From NCBI GenBank assembly GCA_043228905.1, contig JBHGNT010000004.1, forward strand, positions 18,538,001 to 18,602,000: a stretch of 64,000 bases of DNA, in the 5' to 3' direction. A model generated the notes under the pieces. That model saw only the letters and a list, made by a program, of their open reading frames with translations. It ran no database searches and was not told the origin of the DNA. Source of the stretch: Azolla caroliniana (taxonomy: Eukaryota > Plantae > Polypodiophyta). This document shows positions 23,948 to 33,852 of this stretch, piece by piece (position 1 is the first letter of the stretch; each line of letters opens with the position of its first letter). A program made the translations under genes and the position numbers.

Positions 23948-24403
23948 TGATAGGAACTACGCGCTCCCGATGAACAACGCTCGGCCACAACCAAGCTTAG
24001 AATCAAACACAAAAAAAAAAAGGGAATGAATGCACGACACAATGGAGAGAAGAGTACACAGGATGTTAACGTGGAAAAAACCCAAACTAGGAAAAAAATA
24101 CCACGGCAGCCCACAGAATGCAAACTATCACTATGTAACAATATACAATGGTAAAGCACCGAGGCAACGACCTCGAGCTTGTTATCTTCACCACAGGTGG
24201 CGGTTACAACAGAGGCAACAACCTCTTCCTGTCTCTCTCTCTGTGTACACTGTTGCCGTCTAATCATGCGCCAACAAGAATCACAACACACATCACTACA
24301 TTTCCCTCAGTAATATTTATACTAATATGACTTTTTGGCTATTTACAAATATAGCCCCGATGGACTCTTAGAAACATATTTACGAATATGTCCCTTCATC
24401 CGG

Positions 24404-25734
24404 TGTCGCGAAAATATGACGAGGATACGTGAACGTTGAGGCAAGACCCCGAGGCCTTTGACTAGAGGATATCAAATTCGTATATTTATGTACTAAGAAT
24501 TAACCAAAATGAGAAAGATTAACAAATTTCATTAACAAGTAGAAAGAAAGATTAGAATTAATCCCAAGATTGGGATTACAAAAAGTTTGCTAATGGAGAT
24601 GGCTAGAGTAATAGATTAGAGGAAATTAAGATATGAATTCTATAGAAAATTAGGGTTTTTGGTTTTGGTAAGAGATTATGGTTATATGAGTATTATGGCT
24701 TCCGTAGGGAAATTTAGAGTTATGAGTAAGATATGGCTTCCGTAAGGAAATTAGGGTTTACATAAGAGATATGGCTTCAATAAGAAAATTAGGGTTTACT
24801 TGAGAGATATGGCTTCCATAAGAAAATTAGGGTTTACTTGAGAGATATGGCTTCGATAAGATAGGGGAGCCCCGAAGGAAAAGAAAAACAATATAATATA
24901 TGGAGAGCATGAGTGTAGGAAAAAATGGAATTTTATATGGAGTTCTCCCTTGATCATTTGCATGTCCACTTTTTGTTGCATGGCCTCTACTTTTAGTTGC
25001 TTAGCTTTTTCTTTTAGTTGCATCTATTTTTAGTGGCATGGCTTTTTCGTTTAGTTGCATGTGACCGTCCACATGACCTTTATTTTTTGCATTCACTCCA
25101 ACTTTAGTTGCTTGCGTCCACATGGCCTTTACTTTAGTTCTCTTCACTTTACTTTAGTTTGTTGCATGATCCAATCTTCCGTTCGTCCACGTCCAACCTC
25201 GTCCGATAGCCGATTCCGCCCGATCACCGAATCCCTCGCCGGCCGGTTCCATTTTGCTTGCTAGCCAGTTCCGGTTCCGATTTTGCTTACCGGCTGGTTT
25301 CTGGTTTGCATACCGGTTCTGGTTCCGGTTTTGCTTACCAGCCAGTTTCCGATTTGCATACCAGCCAGTTTCCGGATTTGTTTACCAGACCGGTTTCCAG
25401 ATTTGTTTACCGGCCGATTTCCGGTTTTAGGGAATTTGGTCACCATCATCCATCAAGACAAAGTGGCCAAAGTGCTCTTAGCACAAATGAAAAATGAGGG
25501 AGCTCCAAGTGCTTATATAGCCAGGGCCTTAACTTTCCTATCTATGTGGGATAGTTCTAATTTCCCTATCTTCTCAAACTTTATTTTCACATAACTTGAT
25601 ATGTATTTCTCCATTATAGTAAAATACGTTTTGAAGCTCTTGAGTATATCCATCTTTCTATAGTAAGCTACTAATCTAATCTATAATAATTATTTCATTA
25701 TTTTTTTACATAGTGTGTGAAGATACACACGACA
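24404..25734 (-). repeat. 3' LTR of gypsy E
   Basis: Colinear with 32368-33698. Confidence 0.95.
24645..24866. repeat. ~38-bp tandem array with TTAGGGTTT (telo-box) cores in the E LTR; second copy at ~32608-32830
   Basis: Unit GAGAGATATGGCTTCGATAAGAAAATTAGGGTTTACTT, about 5 degenerate units. Confidence 0.9.
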
Positions 25735-25801
25735 TTCGCCCCCACCAAACCTGCACATCCACTGGTATGTGCAAATTTTGGTGAGGCTCCACTTTTGTTT
25801 A

Positions 25802-28800
25802 CTATACTTTTTCATCGATGCTTAAGACTAAATCGTCAAAAGCTTTGAATCCAATTTCTATTCTATCTCTTCTCTTGAAGATCTTGATTCTTTTACCGGC
25901 AATTGGCAAGGCAAGTGGTGTACTATCCAGTTCTACTAAATGATATGTTGCATTATCTTCCACTTTCTTCACTACATATGGCCCAAACCATCGTTGTGAG
26001 AATTTTCGAGCTGTACTATGTTGGTTATCTAGGCTACTGTCATAGACTAGCATCCAATCTCCTTCAACGATTTTCCTCGGCCGAAGTCGATGTCGTTTAT
26101 CGAAGTCTTTCTTGTTCTTTAGCCTTGCATTCTTTAGCCACGATTTAGCCACCTCTATATCTTCCAAATTCCTCTTTAATTGTCGAATGCTCAATGCTAG
26201 AAGATCTTCTCTACTTATCTCATCTTGCCATGGCAATGCAAACCATGAAATAATACTTTGTTCTATAGGCATTATTGGCTTTTGTCCGAATATGAGCTCT
26301 GCCGGCATGTATCCCGTCACCGTGCTATGAGTAGTCTTGTCAGCCCATAGTGCAAATGGCAATAGACGCGGCCATTCTCCTATTTTCCCATGGAAAGCTT
26401 TCACTAGAGCCTTCACAATCGGTCCATGTCCACATTCCACCTTCCCATTTGCTTCCGGATTATACGCCATGGTAAGACATAATTTGATTCCCATCCTCAA
26501 GAAGAATTCTCTAGCTTCATTGGCGTCCAACTCGCCTCTATCAGCCACTATCTTGCCGACGCATCCATATCTGCAAATAACATCTTCAAGAAGGAATCGG
26601 CATACCGATGATGTCTCCTTAGTTCTTAATGCTCACCCTTCAACTTGATTGGTAAGATCCTCTCTCGTGAGCACAAGATACTTCATCTGCCATCGCCCCA
26701 TTGGCATCATCACGATGTCCACCATCCACTTGTAATGCATAGCCAACGGGTAAGTCGGATGAAGTCCATCTCGATGGCGAATATTCGAAAACATATGACA
26801 TTCCTTACATGTTTCCACATAAGCTGCTACATCTTTGTAGATGCCCGGCCACCAATATTTCTCCTTAAGCTTCACAAACGTAGCCCATTTTCCTCGATGG
26901 CCTACAAAAACACTATCATGAAATTCGGACATTAGTTTTTGTTGGTCTTCTTGCTTGCAGACAACTCTCATCGGAGTCCCATTCTTCTTTTTTGCATGCC
27001 TCCAAAGAGCTCCATCCTTAAGGAAATACTTGTATGCCTTCTTCCGAATTCGATGGAAATCTTCCGTCGACCATGATTCATCTTTTTGGAGAGAACTCAA
27101 GTATTTCCCGATCTCCACGAATTCGCCTTCGTAGTCCTCTTCTATGAAAGTAGTCAACACCCAAGCGTAGGAACTTGCAAAGAAATCCAAGACAACATCA
27201 TCTTCATTAGAATGTCGATCTTCTTCTCCGTCGTATCTCGTTCGTGATAGCATGTCTGCAACGACATTACGCTTCCCAGCTACATGACAGATCTCCGGGT
27301 TGAGTGATTTGATATATGCAATCCAACGCAACATGGCAGTATCTGGTGTATTACAACCAGATATCATACCCAAATTTGGTAGGCAATCTGTCTCAATTAT
27401 GACTTCTACTCCAATAAGGTAATCACGATCAGATTTGATTGCCGAGACGATTCCCCTGTTGTATGCGAGGAAGGTCATCAATGCGGAAGATCGAGAAGCA
27501 TTCGATCCCTGTTTCTTCCCTGTGTATGATGGAATGTAGGTCGTTGCACAGAGAGAGAGAGAGAGACACACACACACAAAAAAGGACTCTTTTATTTCAC
27601 AAAACAACAATACAACAGCCAACCTTACAAAAGGGTTACAAGGTCACTATATATAGTGACTGACTTAGGGCAACTACCCTTTATGCTAATTACATAAATG
27701 GCCAAAACGGGATAGTATGAATACGTCCATTATACACATGTATTCGACACTCCCCCGTAATGGGCGTATACATGGGTTATCTAAGATTACAGGTATAGAC
27801 TCAGGTTCTCGGACATATCAGCTTTGTTCGAGTCGGCAGGGTCCGAAAGCAGAAGACCGAACTGGTCGGGTCGGAACAGTTGAAGCCGATCATTAAGGAA
27901 CTGATGTCGGTTGTCGGGAACCATCCTGCTCTGTGTCCGGCTCTAACCGGACTGGTTTGTCGTTACGCCCATCTGATGCCGAAGAGACCGAAAACGGTCT
28001 GCCGAAAGACACCGAATGCTGTGCAGGCGGTGATGACGGCCGAACCTCGCTCTGATACCAGATGTTGTATGCGAGGAAGGTCATCAATGCGGAAGATCGA
28101 GAAGCATTCGATCCCTGTTTCTTCCCTGTGTATGATGGAATGTAGGTCGTTGCACAGAGAGAGAGAGAGACACAAAAAAGGACTCTTTTATTTCACAAAA
28201 CAACAATACAACAGCCAACCTTACAAAAGGGTTACAAGGTCACTATATATAGTGACTGACTTAGGGCAACTACCCTTTATGCTAATTACATAAATGGCCA
28301 AAACGGGATAGTGTGAATACGTCCATTATACACATGTATTCGACATCCCCAAGCTCCCTCTTCACTTGGGCATACCTTCTTTGCCTGTGACTTAACACTT
28401 TCGCGCCAAACAGAATTGCATATCGGTTGCAATCTTCATCTTCTTGGTTGATAACCCATCCAATTCCGATTGGACTAGTATCCACAGTCACGAAAATCGG
28501 CTTGCCGTATGAATAGTCCGCTTTCCGTAATGCAGGTGCCTCCATCAATAATTTCTTCAGCCTTCGGATGGCGATTGTATGCTCGCGCGCCCATTCAAAC
28601 ATCCGCTTCTTCTTTAGTAGACCATATAATGGCTCAACAATGTGGGCGTAGTGTGGAATCCAAATATGATAAAACGCGCATGCTCCAAGGAACCTTCGAA
28701 CCTCCGTTTGGGTTACACATTCTTCTTTCATGTCTTGGATTGCATTCACCTTGGGTGGCGAAGGCTTCCGACCGTATGCTCCACACAAGTGACCTACCAC

Positions 28801-30140
28801 TAGGATCTATGGTTGCCTGAATGTAGATTTTTCTCCCGAAAATGTCAAATTCGCATCTTCGAGCCTTTGGAGAACCTTCTCGCAATCTTTCATATGATCC
28901 ACGACGAACTTTCTACATCCATCCTTATCTTTAGATTCATCCTTCTCTTCATTTGAACATCCTTTTATCGGAATATCATCTAAGAATGGCATCATGATAT
29001 CCGGGATGCAATCCTTCAAGACCTTGTTCATGGCATTCACCATATGAGCCACCGAGTTCGTTGCGCCTTGAGGTAAGGTACACATCCGCACCAACCTGAT
29101 TGGAGTTCTCATGGTTGTAATGTCACGACTATCGATCGCCAACTGGAATTGATCGTAGCCAGAGTAGAGATCGCTGATTGAGTAGATGGACCGGCCCGCA
29201 AACACCTCAGCAAATTCATCCACACTCGGACCAATTCCAGCATTCCGAATTGTCACCTCGTTGATGGGTTGAAGATCTTGAATGAATCGCAATGATCCAT
29301 TCTTCTTTGGCACTATGAACCACCTATTAGAATAAGGAGCGTTCGACGGTTCTAGAATTCCCATCCTCACCTTCTCCTTTAAGAGCTCGATCAGCTTCGG
29401 TAGGTGTGCTCTCTGAACCGGTATTGGTTTCAAATTCCAAGGCACATGCGGCACCGTGAAGATCACCATCGATTCTACCGTCCTTGGATTAGCACAGCCG
29501 ATTTCTTGTGGGAAAAACACGAAAGCCTTCCCATGTCTTTCAAGTATTCCACGAAACATCTGCTCCTCTTCAGGGAGGAGGAAATCCTCCCTTCCAACTC
29601 GTAGCTTTCCCTTCGTCTCTTCAGTGAAGACGTGACCAATTGTATTTGGGTTCCTTAAGCTTGGATCTTTTGCAACTTCCTTCATCTTTTGCCAGCTATC
29701 TTCCGGTAGCGGAACTGCAACTTGCTTGATCTTCCTATCCACGGTTTTATATTTTGTGTTGACTTCGGCTTCCTCTATCAAGATGCCTCGATGATATTCA
29801 TCGATGATAGTATACATGTTGACGAAGTTAACCGAAATCAAATGTTGATGGTGAGGATAGCTCAAGTCCACGACTTCCTCGATTTCGCCGATGGTGTCGT
29901 TAAATGAGGCTTCCTCGAGAATATATGACACGAATTCTTCTTCTTCGATTATGCTTTCTTCTTTCAGCACCTCCTCGAAGTCTTGTATCTGACACTTTTC
30001 CTTCTTGTTGAGTAGTCTTAGTTTGCATGCGCCGCTAGGTGTGACGCATGTTGCTTCTCCTTGCAATCCACACACTCTGCTTCCTTGTGGGGACTTATGA
30101 TTGCTCGGACTATTTGTGCCCCATGCTTCAATAGTCCGCT
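25802..30140 (-). pseudogene. pol: RT-RNase H-integrase of gypsy E (interrupted by the TRIM)
   Basis: RFIQDLQP, DLYSGYDQ, LPQGATNS, PFLDD, VDTSPIGIGW, ADMLSR, H..GH...C..C, AYNPEANG and WFGPY motifs. Confidence 0.93.
27457..28345 (-). mobile_element. TRIM (non-autonomous miniature LTR retrotransposon), 889 bp
   Basis: LTRs at 27457-27749 and 28063-28345, 313-bp non-coding interior, Met PBS TGGTATCAGAGC, PPT GGGGGAG, perfect TSD TCCCC. Confidence 0.96.
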
Positions 30141-32350
30141 TTAAAAATCCGAGGATTTGCCTCCAAGGCTATCTCGGTTCCTTTCATGATTAGCTCGCAC
30201 CGTCAGGAATTGAACAGATCTTTTACTATCAAGATTCTTGACGCGCGCGAAGGCTGCTCCATTATCGAACACCTTGGTCTCCATCCGGGACGATGTTATA
30301 TATGGTTGTCCTAGGATGATGGGATGTGAAGCCGAGTCTTGCACGAAGAAGGGTTAATCAATCTCCACATCCCCGATCGTGACTTTAACGTTGGGGCAAG
30401 CTCCGTACAAGTCGTCCGTAGCCTTCGTCGCCGCTCGAATCTTCCATCCGTGGTTTGTATTAATCGTCCATCTTCCTTTCTTGTAGAACTCGGTCCACAT
30501 GAGGTTGATCTCTGAGCCATGGTCAATCAAAGCGACCACGGTCTCTTTCTTCTCCCCAATCTTCACCGGCGTCTCCGTTGTCGCTCTTGCCCAATGAGGC
30601 CGCGAGTGATGGCTATCCGCCACCACTTCTTCTTCTTCCTCCTCTTCTGATATTGCCATGGTTATGGCACTTGTTTTCACCTCCTCTTCATCAGATTGTT
30701 GCCGCTTCCTTTTATTAAGGTCCACGATAGTATCATGGAACTCCTTCTTCACGATCCCAAGTAGCTCTCTCAAGGTAAGGTCGACATGACTATCTAAAAC
30801 CTTCTCCTCAAGGACCTTCCGCAAGCTAGTTGTTTGTTCTATGTCCGATCTTAGCTTGTAAGTCGGTGCCGCTCGTTCTTTTCCTTTCTTCGTTGATTCT
30901 TCGACTTCCATCTGAGCAGGTTGGCTCGATCCACAGGGCTTCATGTTTGTTTCACTAATCTCTTTTCTTGGGATAGGTTGGGGTGGCCCTTCTTTCCCTC
31001 CATTCCTCGTGTTAGGACGCTATGATGTGCCATCTTCTTCACCGGTTCTTTTCCTCTTCTCTTCGACAAGGGCTTCATAGGTGTCACACACAACCTCCGC
31101 AAAGCTTGTGTTTTCGTCGAGTGGATCTGACCATCCGGTAGCTCGTCGCACGTTTCGGTCAGCAAGTTTTAGATCCTCTGAATTGATTTTGCCTTTTTCT
31201 TCGCACTCGAACACCATTGGCCAAAACCCAGCTCCTGGCTTGATCATTCTAAGATTCTCTTTTCCAACTCGTATCCCAGCCGAAGCGGCATAGTGCATAG
31301 CCTCCACATACCTTGCATCCTCTTCTTCTACAATCTTTTTCCGCCCACCTCTTCCGAAGTTCACTCGTAGTGGCTTCCGGGTCTCGCTCGAGTGAATCAT
31401 GTTGCCATCCAAATATACGACATTCTTGCGGATCGCATCTTGCAAGTCAGCACATTCCCTTCGTGAGTGTTCGAAGCTATCGCACCACACACATCTATAT
31501 GCTTCTTTTCCCTTCGGCCCGCGTCAACCTAAGTTGGCTAGCGATACCGCTTCAAACTTCTTAGAGAGCTCTTCGATTATAGACTCCTCCATTGCTTTCT
31601 TGTCGAAATTATTGATCGGCTTACTAGGCTCAATCGTCCCTTCTTCCATAATTGTGGATTCTCGACCTTAGCTTCCTCTTGCCATTGTCGCCGCTTATCA
31701 AAACGGTTGCAAGCCTTCTTCACTGCTGCCCAGTCCGCTACCAAGCCATTTGGTTGCGTTTCGTCCTCCAAGAAACTGCCCAATTCTCGCCGATCTTTCG
31801 CATCCACTGCCTTTAGGAATAGTAAGACTTTATCTCTGTCTAGAACTCGTTGCTCGACACTCGGAAGTCGGTTGTACTTCTGGTCGAATTCGGCATAAAC
31901 TCCTGATGCACACAGATTCTTCCCTTTCTTCTCGATCCAATTCATTAACGTATGCCGAGTCATCCGTGATGTGTCTTCAAGAATGTATTTAGTGAGAAGA
32001 GCCCTTTCGAACTCCGCCCAAGTTGCATGCTCATTTTGGATCTCCATCACGCGCTCACGGATCCCAGGTTCTACCACACGCTTAAAGCTTGAAATTTGTT
32101 TTAGATCATGGACATCTCTTTGTTGCATCTCGTTTTGGAAGGTAGCAAGGAAATTTGTGATGTTCTTGCCACCGAATCTTCCACCTGTCTCCACAGTTCG
32201 GTCAACAGCTTTGTTGACTAAAGCCTCCCGATCTCTCTCTTTCAGCATGAATTCGACGACGGACACCATGCCTTTCGTCAATTCTTCTCCTTGACTTCCA
32301 CTCGTCGAAGCCATCTTCGTACTTGATATCCTCCTACTGCCTCGTTTCAC
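30141..32350 (-). pseudogene. gag: gag-protease of gypsy E
   Basis: GRFGGKNIT, CMWCDSFEHSRREC, ALIDHGSEINLM and IILGQPY motifs; ends ...SSDF*. Confidence 0.88.
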
Positions 32351-32363
32351 GTCGGATTCACCA
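32346..32363 (-). promoter_or_regulatory. PBS complementary to the tRNA-Trp 3' end
   Basis: TGGTGAATCCGACGTGAA, 4 nt from the LTR; eukaryotic tRNA-Trp ends ...TCACGTCGGG(T/G)TCACCA (from memory). Confidence 0.8.
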
Positions 32364-32367
32364 AAGA

Positions 32368-33698
32368 TGTCGCGAAAATACGGCGAGGATACGTCAACGT
32401 TGAGGCAAGACCCCGGGGCCTTTGACTAGAGGATATCAAATTCGTATATTTATGTACTAAGAATTAACCGAAATGAGAAAGATTAACAAATTTCATTAAC
32501 AAGTAGAAAGAAAGATTACAATTAATCCCAAGATTGGGATTACCAAAAGTTTGCTAATGGAGATGGCTAGAGTAATAGATTAGAGGAAATTAAGATATGA
32601 ATTCTATAGAAAATTAGGGTTTTTGGTTTTGATAAGAGATTATGGTTATATGAGTATTATGGCTTCCGTAGGGAAATTTAGGGTTATGAGTAAGATATGG
32701 CTTCCGTAAGGAAATTAGGGTTTACTTGAGAGATATGGCTTCGATAAGAAAATTAGGGTTTACTTGAGAGATATGGCTTCGAAAAGAAAATTAGGGTTTA
32801 CTTGAGAGATATGGCTTCAATAAGATAGGGGAGCCCCAAAGGAAAAGAAAAACAATATAATATATGGAGAGCATAAGTGTAGGAAAAAATGGAATTTTAT
32901 ATGGAGTTCTCCCTTGATCATCTGCATGTCCACTTTTTGTTGCATGGCCTCTACTTTTAGTTGCTTAGCTTTTTCTTTTAGTTGCATCTATTTTTAGTGG
33001 CATGGCTTTTTCGTTTAGTTGCATGTGACCGTCCACATGACGTTTACTTTTTGCATGCACTCCAACTTTAGTTGCTTGCGTCCACATGGCCTTTACTTTA
33101 GTTCTCTTCACTTTACTTTAGTTTGTTGCATGATCCAATCTTCCGTCCGTCCGCGTCCAACCTCGTCCGGTAGCCAGTTCCGCCCGATCACCGAATCCCT
33201 CGCCGGCCGGTTCCATTTTGCTTGCTAGCCAGTTCTAGTTCCGATTTTGCTTACCGACCGGTTTCCAGTTTGCATACCGGTTCCGGTTCCGGTTTTGCTT
33301 ACCGGCCAGTTTCCAGTTTGCATACCGGCCGGTTTCCGGATTTGCTTACAGGACCAATTTTCGGGTTTGTTTACCAGTCGGTTTCCAGTTTTAGGGAATT
33401 TGGCCACCATCATCCATCAAGACAAAGTGGCCAAAGTGCTCTTAGCACAAATGAAAAATGAGGGAGCTCCAAGTGCTTATATAGCCAGGGCCTTAACTTT
33501 CCTATCTATGTGGGATAGTTCTAATTTCCCTATCTTCTCAAACTTTATTTTCACATAACTTGATATGTATTTCTCCATTATAGTAAAATATGTTTTGAAG
33601 CTCTTGAGTATATCCATCTTTCTATAGTACGCTACTAATCTAATCTATAATAATTATTGCATTATTTTTTTACATAGTGTGTGAAGATTCACACGACA
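32368..33698 (-). repeat. 5' LTR of gypsy E
   Basis: Colinear with 24404-25734; followed on the minus strand by the PBS. Confidence 0.95.
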
Positions 33699-33852
33699 CC
33701 GGTGAGCACTCCTCACCGGGCTTCCATCATCCGGCGCTTGCCGGGCACTCATCATCCGGTTCTCACCTGGTCTTCCATTGCCGGGTACTCCTCATCCGGT
33801 TCTCACCGGGTCTTCCCATCCAGAGGGACCTGTTTCCTAACAAACTCCCCCT

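Larger units (their letters stand above)
24404..33698 (-). mobile_element. Full-length non-chromovirus Ty3/gypsy family E (same lineage as D; Ylt1/Phygy-like, tentative)
   Basis: 1331-bp LTR pair, 4-bp TSD CCGG (24400-24403, 33699-33702), Trp-type PBS, PPT GGTGGGGGCGAA, gag-PR-RT-RH-INT and no chromodomain. Confidence 0.95.

Noticed and set aside
24645-24866. CRISPR array or true telomeric tract
   Set aside because: No unique spacers or cas genes; the TTAGGG cores are single motifs in 38-bp units duplicated in both LTRs.
25055-25594. Duplicated small ORFs (also 33019-33558) as conserved genes
   Set aside because: They recur only because they lie in paired LTRs, largely over short CCGG-rich repeats.
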